64,000 nt of DNA from Minisyncoccota bacterium (GTDB lineage: Bacteria > Patescibacteriota > Minisyncoccia > Phycocordibacterales > CAJBRS01). The stretch covers positions 272,411-336,410 of the forward strand of contig DASRDX010000009.1 of NCBI GenBank assembly GCA_035652395.1. Direction: 5' to 3'. Each line of letters begins with the position of its first letter. Within the stretch, counting starts at the first letter, position 1. Below are positions 47,956 to 58,004 of this stretch, in pieces. Under the pieces are notes generated by a model. The model searched no databases and was not told the DNA's origin. It saw nothing but the letters and a program-made list of their open reading frames with translations. The translations under genes and the position numbers were made by a program.

Positions 47956-49075
47956 AAGTCACTCTTAAAACTTCAGTCATGGAGGTTTGCAACTTGTCGA
48001 CTTTTTGGTAACCGTCTTCTCTTAGAGTTAAAAATTTGCCTTCCTCGGTTAATTTTGAAAGGTTCGTCCACTGGCTGTTTCGAATTAAATCACGAAGATA
48101 ATTATCTATTTCCAAGACTTCAGCGATCACTAACCGGCCACTAAAACCGCTACCTCGACAGACGAGACAATTTTTCTTTTTAGGCAAATGATTTTTTGCC
48201 CCACATTCAGAGCAGGACCTTCTCACCAGACGCTGGCTGATCACCATTGAAAGACTGGAAGCAATGGCATAAGGCTCAATCCCCAAATCCAAAAGTCGAT
48301 TGAGGGTGAGGAGGGCGGAATTAGTGTGCAAACTGGAGAGAATTAAATGGCCGGTCATAGAGCTGCCGAAAGCTAAACGAGCGGTTTCTCGATCACGAAT
48401 TTCTCCAATCATAATAATGTCCGGATCCTGTCTTAAAACGGAACGCAAGGCATTCGAAAAATTGAAAAGTGAGTAAGAGTTTACCGGAATCTGAACCACG
48501 TTTTCTACGGCATATTCAATCGGGTCCTCAATACTAACCATGGAGGTCGGTTTTTCTTTTAATAACTCCAAGAGAGTGTAAAGGGTAGTGGTTTTACCGG
48601 AACCAGTCGGGCCCGTGATTAAAATCATGCCACTATTTTTCTTCACAATATTTCTTAGAAGAGTACAGTGATTCTGATTAAAACCTAAGTCTTCTAGGGT
48701 TGAACCTTGATGAGATTTTCTGAGTAAGCGCAAAACGGCGTTAGTACCGTAGTAAGTCGGAATTAACGAGAGGCGGATATTAATGCGCTCTTTATCAGAC
48801 TGGAAGAAGAAACGACCGTCTTGGGCAGCTTGATGTTCGTCAGTTCGAACTTCGGCCAAGACTTTCAGGCGAAAGATTATAGGCGGCCCAAGTTCTTTAG
48901 GAAGAATGTATTTCTCCTCAAGTAAACCGTCTATTCGAAACCTTATTCTGAAAGACTCTTCAGCTGGATCGAGGTGAATATCAGAGGAGTGTTGCCGAAG
49001 AGCCTCTTTTAATAAAAACTCAACTAAATCAGAGACGGGAAGATGTCTAATTTGGATTGATGCATCCTGAAGCAT
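47942..49075 (-). CDS. pilB: type II/IV secretion ATPase (GspE/PilB family, short form)
   Basis: Walker A GPTGSGKTTT, Asp box, His box, tetracysteine CSECG...CLVCRGSG. Confidence 0.9.
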   Translation of the reverse strand: MLQDASIQIRHLPVSDLVEFLLKEALRQHSSDIHLDPAEESFRIRFRIDGLLEEKYILPKELGPPIIFRLKVLAEVRTDEHQAAQDGRFFFQSDKERINIRLSLIPTYYGTNAVLRLLRKSHQGSTLEDLGFNQNHCTLLRNIVKKNSGMILITGPTGSGKTTTLYTLLELLKEKPTSMVSIEDPIEYAVENVVQIPVNSYSLFNFSNALRSVLRQDPDIIMIGEIRDRETARLAFGSSMTGHLILSSLHTNSALLTLNRLLDLGIEPYAIASSLSMVISQRLVRRSCSECGAKNHLPKKKNCLVCRGSGFSGRLVIAEVLEIDNYLRDLIRNSQWTNLSKLTEEGKFLTLREDGYQKVDKLQTSMTEVLRVTYEEA

Positions 49076-49124
49076 TTTGGAATTATAAAAGTGCTTCCTA
49101 AAGAACCGTTAAAGATAAAATAAA

Positions 49125-49152
49125 AAATCCCGCATTCGCTGATACGAATGCG
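49125..49152 (-). terminator. minus-strand terminator (cccgcattcg ... cgaatgcggg followed by a T-run on the minus strand)
   Basis: seen in sequence. Confidence 0.55.
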
Positions 49153-49163
49153 GGAAAAATTGC

Positions 49164-49924
49164 CTAATTTTTGGCCAGAAGCGGAGCTCCGGACTTGCTG
49201 AAAAACCATGAAGATTTTCCTTGGGCCAGTCGTAGGGCTTCATACGCCACCGCCTTTTTCTCACTTACGAAGAGGTGCGAGTAAGGGAGTGGTCCTTTGT
49301 ATTTACTGACTATCACCCGACCCGTGTCGGCGCCAGAATGCGGCCTTTCGCAAAAGTCAAACTTCCAGAGACCGTTTCGAGAAACATCACTTTTCTGTCG
49401 ATCAGTTACGATAAATGGCAATAAGGTACCGTCATCCATAACCTTGAATACCGCACTTCCCAGCGGTACCCAGTATGGAGCGGCACAATGACCAACAGGA
49501 TTTTCTTTGGAAATCACAGTGAGTCGATCGCCAGCTGCGGTTTTACGCTTACGCGTCAAACCATCACCGGCGGCAACGAGACATTTCTTGACCTTGCTCC
49601 AGCGAGTTTCAAACCAGTTATACCACGTAAGTCGAGCCCGAAAGCAGATCACATCCACTTTCTGAAAAGCAGTGGCGATTTGCCGGCGCGTTCCTTCGAT
49701 GAAGAGAACTTTCGGAAAACCGGGCTTGGTGACTTGTTGAGCGACGCTCCGACTGACTTGAGTGGGAGTCTTCGGGGTAGGGATTGCTGGAGAGATCTTG
49801 TGAGGAATATATGGGCGAAGAGGAGTGGGTTTGGAGATATTTGAGGCTTGAGCATCAGGTTGAACTGAGGCTTGGGCCGCCAAAATCGAGCCAAAAATCA
49901 TGCTAACAACGAACTTTTTTTTCA
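49164..49924 (-). CDS. secreted protein with possible 3D (Asp-rich, MltA/RlpA-like) domain; start set at MKKKFVV
   Basis: signal peptide; weak 3D-domain resemblance. Confidence 0.4.
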
Positions 49925-50056
49925 TCTGCTGTTTCCTTTCAGGTTGAGTTTTAGCGATGAGTGCTACTCTGGACATTATCACATGCTTTCTAAAAGTCAA
50001 GAGAAAGGTCCTAAAACCCGGCTTAAACTTACCTATTACTCTGATAGAATATTTGA

Positions 50057-50659
50057 ATGTCTCTTCTTCTATTTTTAAAGGCCACAGAGATAATTCCCGC
50101 TTTTGGTCTTTTTGGCATATTTTTAGCCATTTTTGCGGAATCGGGACTTTTTTTCGGGTTTTTCCTGCCGGGTGATTCCCTTCTCTTTACGGCCGGTCTT
50201 TTGGCCTCGGAAGGTCAATTAAATATCGTTGTTCTTATAATCGGCACTTTTCTGGCAGCGGTTTTGGGTGATAGCGTTGGCTATGCCTTTGGAAAGCGAG
50301 TCGGGCCGCGGCTCTTTAAGCGGCCCGACTCGTTTTTTTTCAAAAAAGAATATGCGGAGCGGGCGGAAAAGTTTTATGAGCGACATGGCAAGTCAACAAT
50401 TATTCTAGCGCGTTTCATTCCTATTATCAGAACTTTCGCTCCAATTATAGCCGGAGTTGGTCAAATGAAGTACCGAATCTTTCTAGGTTACAACGTTGTT
50501 GGAGGTTTAATCTGGACGGTCTTGCTTTGTAGCCTCGGATATTTCTTGGGTAAGACTGCCCCAAATATTGATAAATATTTATTACCCATTATTTTGGGAA
50601 TTATCATTCTTTCTTTTCTTCCTCCCATTTTTCAATATTGGCGGAATAAGAAAAACTAG
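50057..50659 (+). CDS. DedA family membrane protein
   Basis: DedA family sequence (GFFLPGDSLLFTAG). Confidence 0.75.
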   Translation: MSLLLFLKATEIIPAFGLFGIFLAIFAESGLFFGFFLPGDSLLFTAGLLASEGQLNIVVLIIGTFLAAVLGDSVGYAFGKRVGPRLFKRPDSFFFKKEYAERAEKFYERHGKSTIILARFIPIIRTFAPIIAGVGQMKYRIFLGYNVVGGLIWTVLLCSLGYFLGKTAPNIDKYLLPIILGIIILSFLPPIFQYWRNKKN

Positions 50660-50691
50660 ACTAGTGAAAAATTATCTGTTAATTTTAAGGG

Positions 50692-51144
50692 ATGAAAAAT
50701 CTTCTGAAGGAATTTAGAGAGTTTGCCGTCAAAGGAAATGTTATTGATTTGGCCGTTGGTGTTATTATTGGGGCCGCATTCAACACTATCGTTACTTCTC
50801 TGGTAAATGACATCATCTCTCCTTTAATTAGTCTGGTTACAGGCAAGCTGGATTTCTCCAACCGTTTTATCGCCGTCTCTTCTCATCATTACAATACGAT
50901 CGCTGAGGCCAAATCAGCCGGAGTAGCCACCGTCAATTACGGCCTTTTCATCAATAACGCCATTAATTTTGTCATTGTGGCTTTTGTCATTTTTCTTTTT
51001 GTACGAGAGATAAATAAAATGAAACGGAAAGCGCCGCCACCGGAATCAAACACCAAACTTTGTCCGTTCTGTCAGACTATGATCTCCAACAAGGCAAGCC
51101 GTTGCCCCAATTGCACGAGTCAGCTCGGTGAGTCGGTCACTTAG
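50692..51144 (+). CDS. mscL: large-conductance mechanosensitive channel MscL with C-terminal zinc-ribbon extension
   Basis: MscL N-terminus [15 protein letters not shown]; C-terminal CPFCQ...CPNC. Confidence 0.85.
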   Translation: MKNLLKEFREFAVKGNVIDLAVGVIIGAAFNTIVTSLVNDIISPLISLVTGKLDFSNRFIAVSSHHYNTIAEAKSAGVATVNYGLFINNAINFVIVAFVIFLFVREINKMKRKAPPPESNTKLCPFCQTMISNKASRCPNCTSQLGESVT

Positions 51145-51211
51145 CCAGAAACTAGCTGTCTAAACGTCTATAATTTTGTACAATTAGACTTTATTAGCTA
51201 AGAAACATACC

Positions 51212-51565
51212 ATGAACATTGATGCTGCAATTGCCATTATTCAATGGCCCATTGGGATTACTATGTTAGTCTTTGGTATTCATCAGATGAGCAAACCCGC
51301 TGAATGGTTTAAGTTTTTACCAGCTTGGGTTAGTAAAATTTCTCCTATTAAAAACCCTGCCACAGAAATGAGAATTCATTCTCTCGGCAATATCATTTTT
51401 GGGCTCTTCCTAATGTTTCCGTTCGGCGCCATGCTGGTCGCTGCTTGGATTGCCTTCATTTGGTGGCTAACTATCGTGCCTTTTGCCTGGCGAGTAGATT
51501 GGGCTTTAGGCATGCGAGATCTCTGTATTACTTTGGCTCTGGGAGCTTTGATTTTTTTGCTATAA
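51212..51565 (+). CDS. hypothetical membrane protein
   Basis: ORF with 3 TM. Confidence 0.4.
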   Translation: MNIDAAIAIIQWPIGITMLVFGIHQMSKPAEWFKFLPAWVSKISPIKNPATEMRIHSLGNIIFGLFLMFPFGAMLVAAWIAFIWWLTIVPFAWRVDWALGMRDLCITLALGALIFLL

Positions 51566-51620
51566 AAAATAAGCCAATAGATAAAGAAAAATGCCGGGCG
51601 CTTCGCGGCCGGCCTTTTTC

Positions 51621-52166
51621 TTACTTCCCTGCCTCAAACTCCATATTTCTATTCAGCCTCGAAAGTATCTCCCGTCGCTCATTTAAAATAAGATCTTTAA
51701 TTTTTTCCGGCTCTTTCACTTCTTCGATAATGAATTGCTCTCCTTCCATTTTTACCAATAGCGTTCCGTAGTTAAAAACTTTAGCTAATCCTTTAGTTTT
51801 TATAAGTTCCACCTCCCTCACTCTATCCAAACGGTAATAATTAATCCGTCGGCGAAACATTCCGTATTGTTCTACATCAATTACTCGCCCATCGGTAATA
51901 ATCCAAACATCCAGATAATAATCGCTCCAAGCAATAAAGAAAAGGATCCAGACAAAGAGTAGCCACAACATATATAAGCCTATATTTAAGAAAAGCGGAC
52001 TCTTAGTAACTCCAAACAAATCGTAGACCTTCAGGCTCAGACCGCTTCGATAAGCAATGTAAGGCAAAATGGCGGCAATGATTAAAAATAATGTCTCCAG
52101 TGTGAAAGCTAAACTGTATCTCTTTAAAACCAGTTTAATTTTTTCTCCCTGATCGTACTGAATCAT
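51621..52166 (-). CDS. membrane protein with bacterial PH domain (YdbS/YdbT-like)
   Basis: two TM helices followed by a bPH_2-like domain. Confidence 0.55.
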   Translation of the reverse strand: MIQYDQGEKIKLVLKRYSLAFTLETLFLIIAAILPYIAYRSGLSLKVYDLFGVTKSPLFLNIGLYMLWLLFVWILFFIAWSDYYLDVWIITDGRVIDVEQYGMFRRRINYYRLDRVREVELIKTKGLAKVFNYGTLLVKMEGEQFIIEEVKEPEKIKDLILNERREILSRLNRNMEFEAGK

Positions 52167-52444
52167 AAATTGGCGTTAAATAAAATAATAGAGATAGCGG
52201 CAAAACCTAACAAGAAAATGGAAAGAATGTAGTATATAAATTCGGCAAATCTTAAGTTGCTATTTTGAATACCGTAATTTTTCCATTGTCGGGAAAAGAT
52301 AAAACTCATAATTACAAAGAGAAAGAAAAGTAAAAGCCATAAGAGCCACAGAGATTGCCGGGCGTTAAGAGAAAAAATTGAAATATTTTGAATAAGAGAC
52401 ATCTGTGATAAATTATTATAGTCCGTAAAGTCCCGAAGGTCCAT
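52163..52444 (-). CDS. small membrane protein
   Basis: ORF with 2 TM; overlaps the next gene by 4 nt. Confidence 0.35.
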   Translation of the reverse strand: MDLRDFTDYNNLSQMSLIQNISIFSLNARQSLWLLWLLLFFLFVIMSFIFSRQWKNYGIQNSNLRFAEFIYYILSIFLLGFAAISIILFNANL

Positions 52445-52508
52445 AAAGTTTATAAAGTAAATTGCTTTAAGAACTTTCTGTGATCTAAGACTTTATGGAT
52501 TTATTTTT

Positions 52509-54296
52509 ATGGAAATCCGCAATATCGCCATTATAGCCCACGTTGATCACGGCAAAACCACTTTGACCGACGCTCTGATGCGCCAGACCGGCATAGTGGG
52601 CGAAGGAATTAGTATGGATTCGAACGCTCTGGAGCAAGAGCGCGGCATTACTATTTATGCCAAAAACACTTCAGTCATGTACAAGGGCACAAAAATAAAC
52701 ATTGTCGATACTCCGGGACATGCCGATTTTGGCTCGGAAGTGGAACGCGTGCTTCGATCAATTGATTCGGTTCTATTGGTAGTGGACGCTCAGGAAGGGC
52801 CAATGCCGCAGACTAGATTTGTGTTAAAAAAATCCTTGGAATTGGGCCTTAAACCAATTGTTATTCTGAACAAGATTGACAAACCGGCCGCCAACCCGAA
52901 CTGGGCACATGACCAGGTTCTGGAACTATTTCTTGATCTTGGTGCGAACGAAGAGCAGCTCGATTTCACTACCGTCTACGCCATCGGTCGTGATGGCATC
53001 GCCAAGAGAAATCTAGCCGACCAATCAGAGAACTTAGATCCCTTGCTTGATGTGATTTTAGAAAAAATACCGGCTGCGGCCTCCGACACAACTGCTGTCC
53101 TGACAGCCCAGCCTTTCAATCTTGGATATGACAATTTTCTCGGGCGTCTGGCTGTAGCGAGAATCTATAGCGGCACCCTGAAAACCGGCCAGACTGTTTT
53201 TATAAAAAAACCAAGTGGCGAAAGTCGAAGCGGCAGAATTACCAAACTCTTTACCTTTGAAGGAATCGCCCGTAAAGAAGTGGGAGCGGCTCCGGCCGGC
53301 GACATCGTTCTGGTCGCCGGCCTCTCCGATATCTTCATTGGTGAGACTATCACCGACTCGGAAGATCATGCGCCCCTCCCTTCCATCAAAATAGACGAGC
53401 CTACTATTTCGCTTAATTTCTTAGTAAATGATTCTCCCTTTGCCGGCCGCAGTGGAAAGTTTGTCACTTCCCGTCAGATTCGCGAGCGACTGGAACGAGA
53501 GCTTGAAGTCAATGTCGGTCTGCGAGTGGAATTTGATCAAAACGACATCTTTAAAGTTTACGGCCGCGGTGAGCTCCATATCGCCATTTTGCTTGAGAAT
53601 ATGCGGCGTGAAGGATACGAGCTTCAAGTTTCCCAACCTCACGTAATCATTAAGGAAGAAAATGGCCAGAAATTGGAGCCCTTTGAAGAAGCGGTTATTG
53701 AAGTGCCGACCGAGGCTTCAGGAGCGGTAATTGAAAAATTAGGCAAGCGAAAAGGCATTATGACTAACATGAAACAAGATGGAAATGTCATCAGAATGAT
53801 TTTTGAAATACCGACTCGCGGACTCCTTGGCCTGCGAAATCAGTTCGTCATCGATACCAAGGGCGAAGGTTTACTCTCCAGCCGTTTTCTGGAATTTCGA
53901 CCGTATGTTGGCCCAATTGAAAAACGCGAGGTTGGCTCCATGACTTCCATGGAAAATGGCAAGTCTTTGGCTTTTGCCCTTGGCAATCTTCAGGACCGAG
54001 GGCTTCTATACATTGGCCCGGGTACGGAAGTTTATGAAGGAATGGTTATTGGAAACGTCACTAAAGGTGATGAGCTTGATGTTAATCCAACTAAAGGCAA
54101 GCAGCTTACCAATATGCGAGCTTCCGGCTCCGACGAAACTATATATTTAACGCCCCCGCTTGAAATCACTATTGAGCGAGGTTTGGAAATAATGAATGAC
54201 GATGAGTATCTCGAAGTTACTCCAAAAGATGTTCGCATCCGCAAAAAGTTTTTGAGTAAGACTGAGCGCGCTAAGATGGCGAGACAAGAAAAATAA
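52509..54296 (+). CDS. typA: translational GTPase TypA/BipA
   Basis: AHVDHGKTT and DTPGH G-domain motifs; full-length BipA architecture. Confidence 0.95.
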   Translation: MEIRNIAIIAHVDHGKTTLTDALMRQTGIVGEGISMDSNALEQERGITIYAKNTSVMYKGTKINIVDTPGHADFGSEVERVLRSIDSVLLVVDAQEGPMPQTRFVLKKSLELGLKPIVILNKIDKPAANPNWAHDQVLELFLDLGANEEQLDFTTVYAIGRDGIAKRNLADQSENLDPLLDVILEKIPAAASDTTAVLTAQPFNLGYDNFLGRLAVARIYSGTLKTGQTVFIKKPSGESRSGRITKLFTFEGIARKEVGAAPAGDIVLVAGLSDIFIGETITDSEDHAPLPSIKIDEPTISLNFLVNDSPFAGRSGKFVTSRQIRERLERELEVNVGLRVEFDQNDIFKVYGRGELHIAILLENMRREGYELQVSQPHVIIKEENGQKLEPFEEAVIEVPTEASGAVIEKLGKRKGIMTNMKQDGNVIRMIFEIPTRGLLGLRNQFVIDTKGEGLLSSRFLEFRPYVGPIEKREVGSMTSMENGKSLAFALGNLQDRGLLYIGPGTEVYEGMVIGNVTKGDELDVNPTKGKQLTNMRASGSDETIYLTPPLEITIERGLEIMNDDEYLEVTPKDVRIRKKFLSKTERAKMARQEK

Positions 54297-54320
54297 AATC
54301 CGTTATTTCTTCGCTTAAAA

Positions 54321-54356
54321 AGTCAACAGCCGCGCCTTGCGGCGCGGCTGTTGACT
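54321..54356. terminator. 16-bp stem hairpin (agtcaacagccgcgcc ttgc ggcgcggctgttgact), bidirectional between typA and the RRM gene
   Basis: seen in sequence. Confidence 0.6.
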
Positions 54357-54388
54357 TCTGAATTCCCGCCTTCGCGAGAATGACAGAT

Positions 54389-54682
54389 TTAGTAGCTTCG
54401 TCTGTCGCCTCCTCCGAATTCTCGGCGAGGTCGATCAGTCATCGGTCGGGCCTCATTGACAGTCAGTGTTCGACCGTCAAGGTCCTTTCCGTTGTACATG
54501 CTGATAGCTCCTTCGGCATCGGCGTCTTCCATTTCGACGAATCCAAAACCTCGTGAGCGACCAGTCATTTTGTCGGTAATAATATTGGCGGATACCACTG
54601 AGCCAGCTTTTGAAAAAGCGTCTTTCAGGCTGTCAGCGGTAGTAGTCCAAGACAAATTACCAACGTATAATTTCTTTGCCAT
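54389..54682 (-). CDS. RRM-type RNA-binding protein with Gly/Arg-rich tail
   Basis: RNP2 LYVGNL and RNP1 RGFGFVEM motifs. Confidence 0.85.
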   Translation of the reverse strand: MAKKLYVGNLSWTTTADSLKDAFSKAGSVVSANIITDKMTGRSRGFGFVEMEDADAEGAISMYNGKDLDGRTLTVNEARPMTDRPRREFGGGDRRSY

Positions 54683-54839
54683 TTTTATCTAAGTTTACTT
54701 AACTTGGATCGAGACGACCCTTCTCTAACAGATCTAAGTAACCTTAGATAACCTTCGAGAAAATCTACGATCAGATACACTATAGCACGATCTCCCACAT
54801 AAGGCAAACTTCTCTCCTCTGTGATAAAATTAAAAACTA

Positions 54840-56144
54840 ATGAAGAATTCTGATAAAAAATCATCTAAGATTTCCACCGAATCATATAAGGGAGTTCGGG
54901 ATTTTTACCCTGAAGACTGGGCGGCGGAAAAATATATTTTTGAGGTCTGGCGAAAAACGGTTGAGAGTTTCGGGTACGTGGAATATAACGCTTCCCCGCT
55001 CGAGCCGTCCGAATTATATGAAGCCAAAACCGGTGAAGAAATTGTAAACGAGCAAACTTATAAATTCATCGACCGTGGCGAGCGAAGCGTGACGCTGCGG
55101 CCGGAAATGACGCCGACAGTGACCAGAATGATTGCCGCCAAAAAACGCGAGCTCTCCTTTCCACTGCGCTGGTATTCCATTCCCAATCTTTTTCGATATG
55201 AAAGACCTCAACGCGGAAGATTGCGCGAACATTACCAGCTAAACGTTGATATCTTTGGCATCTCTTCCCTCGAAGCGGAAATTGAAACTCTGATTTTAGC
55301 CAATCAGATTATGAAAAATTTTGGGGCAACTGAAAAAGATTTTGAAATTCGCCTCTCCAGCCGAAAACTCTTAAACGCAGTCTTCAACAACTGGTATGAA
55401 CTGGAGCCGGAGCAATCAAATGCCTTGCGGCGTTTGATTGACAAGAAAGCCAAGATGTCGGAGGCGGAATTTAATCAAAAAGCCGAGGAGGTTGCCGGAA
55501 AAGCCTTTAATTTCTTGGATTTTGCCAAGGATAGCGTTGATTATCAGGAGGCTATGGCCTTTCCGGAGATCCGACAGGCTAAAGAGGAGCTTGACAGCAT
55601 TATTGACATTCTCGAGCAAAAAGGGATTTCGAATGTCAAAATTGATTCACATTTAGTACGCGGCTTTGATTATTATACCGGTCTGATATTCGAAGTCTTT
55701 GATACCAATGCGGAAAACAATCGCTCGCTTTTTGGTGGTGGCCGTTACGATGATCTTTTGGAAATTTTTGGAGAAGAAAAAGTGCCGGCCGTCGGATTTG
55801 GTATGGGTGACGTGACTATTTTGAATTTTCTGGAAAGCCGTAATCTTTTGCCAAAATATCAATCTTCAACTAAATTGATAATCTTTCCGCTAGATGAATC
55901 TTCTGTGAGTGAAGCTTGGGAAATCGCTGAAAAGTGGCGCCGAGGCGGAATCAACACCGTCATGGACAGTTCCCAGAGAAAAATTGCCGATCAAATCAAA
56001 AAGGCGGAGAAACAAGGAATTTTATATGTTGCTTTTGTCGGTTCGGATGAAGTAAAGACGGGTACTTATAAGATCAAGAATTTAGAAACCACCAAAGAAA
56101 AAGATTTTGAAAAAGAAGGAAAATCTTTAACTCTAAACTTTTAA
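54840..56144 (+). CDS. hisS: histidyl-tRNA synthetase
   Basis: class IIa motifs including GGGRYDDL; anticodon-binding C-terminus. Confidence 0.95.
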   Translation: MKNSDKKSSKISTESYKGVRDFYPEDWAAEKYIFEVWRKTVESFGYVEYNASPLEPSELYEAKTGEEIVNEQTYKFIDRGERSVTLRPEMTPTVTRMIAAKKRELSFPLRWYSIPNLFRYERPQRGRLREHYQLNVDIFGISSLEAEIETLILANQIMKNFGATEKDFEIRLSSRKLLNAVFNNWYELEPEQSNALRRLIDKKAKMSEAEFNQKAEEVAGKAFNFLDFAKDSVDYQEAMAFPEIRQAKEELDSIIDILEQKGISNVKIDSHLVRGFDYYTGLIFEVFDTNAENNRSLFGGGRYDDLLEIFGEEKVPAVGFGMGDVTILNFLESRNLLPKYQSSTKLIIFPLDESSVSEAWEIAEKWRRGGINTVMDSSQRKIADQIKKAEKQGILYVAFVGSDEVKTGTYKIKNLETTKEKDFEKEGKSLTLNF

Positions 56145-56156
56145 CTTTTAATCGGG

Positions 56157-56732
56157 ATGCGCAAGATTGTTTTTGATATTGAGACTTCAAACATCTTCGA
56201 CGAGGTTGGCCGAGCCGATCCTGCTCTTTTGGATATTGCCGTCGTCGGTATTTATGATTCAGAGAAAGATGAATACACTTGTTTCGAACAAAATGAATTG
56301 ACCAACCTCTGGCCTATTTTGGAAAAGGCCGACATGCTGATCGGTTTTAATTCCGAGCATTTTGATCTGCCGCTTTTAAACAAATATTATCCCGGGGATC
56401 TTCGCCAGCTTCGCCATCTCGACCTCATGCAAGAGGTGAAAAAATCTTTAGGACGGAGAATTGGCCTCGGCCGAATCGCTGAAGGAACTTTGGGCGTTTC
56501 CAAATCAGGTCACGGACTTGATGCCATTAAATGGTGGCGCGCGGGTGAATTTGAAAAAGTAAAAAGATATTGCCTGGATGACGTGAAAATTACCAAAGAA
56601 ATCTATGAATACGCTCTTTCTCACAAGAACCTCAAATATAAGGATGGAAACGATATCTTCGAGATTCCTATAGACTCAAGTCGCTGGGAAGAACCTCAAG
56701 AAAAAGCTCTTACTTCTTCGCTGGGATTTTAA
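56157..56732 (+). CDS. RNase H-like 3'-5' exonuclease (DEDDy, PolB-exonuclease-like)
   Basis: Exo I FDIETS, Exo II GFNSEHFDLPLL, Exo III YCLDD. Confidence 0.65.
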   Translation: MRKIVFDIETSNIFDEVGRADPALLDIAVVGIYDSEKDEYTCFEQNELTNLWPILEKADMLIGFNSEHFDLPLLNKYYPGDLRQLRHLDLMQEVKKSLGRRIGLGRIAEGTLGVSKSGHGLDAIKWWRAGEFEKVKRYCLDDVKITKEIYEYALSHKNLKYKDGNDIFEIPIDSSRWEEPQEKALTSSLGF

Positions 56733-56734
56733 TT

Positions 56735-57499
56735 TTGGAAGCCAAGCTTCCAGGTGTTATACTGCTTCTACATATGGAAAATAAAAATAATTTGATGATT
56801 CCGGCCGCCATTATCTTGGCAGGGATCATAGTCGCAGGTGCTCTAATTTTTAATAGTCGAAGCTCTAATTCATCCCTAAAACCGGCTTCTAATCTAGGCG
56901 CCCTACCGACCCCTGAACAAGTAATCCAACCCGTTACGGCTGACGATCATATTGTGGGGAAACTCGGCGCTAAGGTCACTATCGTGGAATACGCTGACTT
57001 GGAGTGTCCGTACTGTAAAGCTTATGAGCCGGTCTTAAACCAGATTATGAGTACCTACGGTACCAGTAGTGGCGAGGTGGCCTGGGTTTATCGTCATTTT
57101 CCAATTCATAGTCGCGGTCCTTACGAAGCTGAAGCGGCTGAGTGTGCGGCTGATCAGGGTGGCAATGATACTTTCTTTAAATTTATAGATCAGATTTTCA
57201 CTGTTACCAAAGCTGATGACAATCTTGATCCTAAAGTTTTGACTCAAACGGCGGGTCAGTTGGGGCTGAACACGACCACTTTCCAAAATTGTCTGGACAG
57301 TAAAAAATTCGAACAAAAAGTTTTGGACGCACGCAATGACGCTTTGGCCGCGGGAGGTCAGGGTACTCCATATACTGTCTTCATTACCGCTGACGGGAAA
57401 AAATATCCACTGACTGATGCTTCCGGTAATCCCTTGGGCGCTGTTTCCTATAATGATTTGAAATCTGTGGTGGATCAGATTCTAAAGTCAGCTAAATAA
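56735..57499 (+). CDS. DsbA-family thiol:disulfide oxidoreductase with N-terminal membrane anchor
   Basis: thioredoxin fold with CPYC active site. Confidence 0.8.
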   Translation: MEAKLPGVILLLHMENKNNLMIPAAIILAGIIVAGALIFNSRSSNSSLKPASNLGALPTPEQVIQPVTADDHIVGKLGAKVTIVEYADLECPYCKAYEPVLNQIMSTYGTSSGEVAWVYRHFPIHSRGPYEAEAAECAADQGGNDTFFKFIDQIFTVTKADDNLDPKVLTQTAGQLGLNTTTFQNCLDSKKFEQKVLDARNDALAAGGQGTPYTVFITADGKKYPLTDASGNPLGAVSYNDLKSVVDQILKSAK

Positions 57500-57510
57500 A
57501 TTAAAAGAGA

Positions 57511-57541
57511 AGGCGCGAATCTTTCAGATTCGCGCCTTTTA
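57511..57541 (+). terminator. rho-independent terminator (ggcgcgaatc tttca gattcgcgcc tttt)
   Basis: seen in sequence. Confidence 0.65.
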
Positions 57542-57551
57542 TCTGGCCGTT

Positions 57552-57908
57552 TCAGTCATCACTTTTCTCCGGTTGAATTTCCAGTTTGTACTCTGCCCTC
57601 AGCTTCTCCTCAGGTACCCCCTGAAGCAAAGCTGCCCGAAACCGCTCACGTTCATCCTTACTCAAGCGGTGTGCTTTTCCTGTGTGAGGTTCCAGGCTGG
57701 CTGGACATTTATAAGTACCGATTTCCAGCCCAGTTTTTTCTGCCACCTCTTCGCTGGCGCCGCAAAGCGGATCAATGCAATGATAGATCCTGTTGCGACC
57801 GCCATAGCGATCAGTGATTTCTACAAGCTGGCAGTCCGGAAGAAAGTGTCCACACGGCTTTGGCTCTTGGCCGGACTGATATGGAATCCGGCTTGGAACT
57901 TTGTCCAT
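57552..57908 (-). CDS. hypothetical Cys-rich small protein
   Basis: ORF with 5 Cys and several His in CxxxxxxC and HCxxxxC arrangement. Confidence 0.45.
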   Translation of the reverse strand: MDKVPSRIPYQSGQEPKPCGHFLPDCQLVEITDRYGGRNRIYHCIDPLCGASEEVAEKTGLEIGTYKCPASLEPHTGKAHRLSKDERERFRAALLQGVPEEKLRAEYKLEIQPEKSDD

Positions 57909-58004
57909 ATATCACCTCCTTTAGTGGTTTTTCTGCCCCTGTTATAACAAATAGGAATTCCCTGTCAAACCAAAATCTGGAGAAATTTCTATTAAATGGC
58001 TAAC

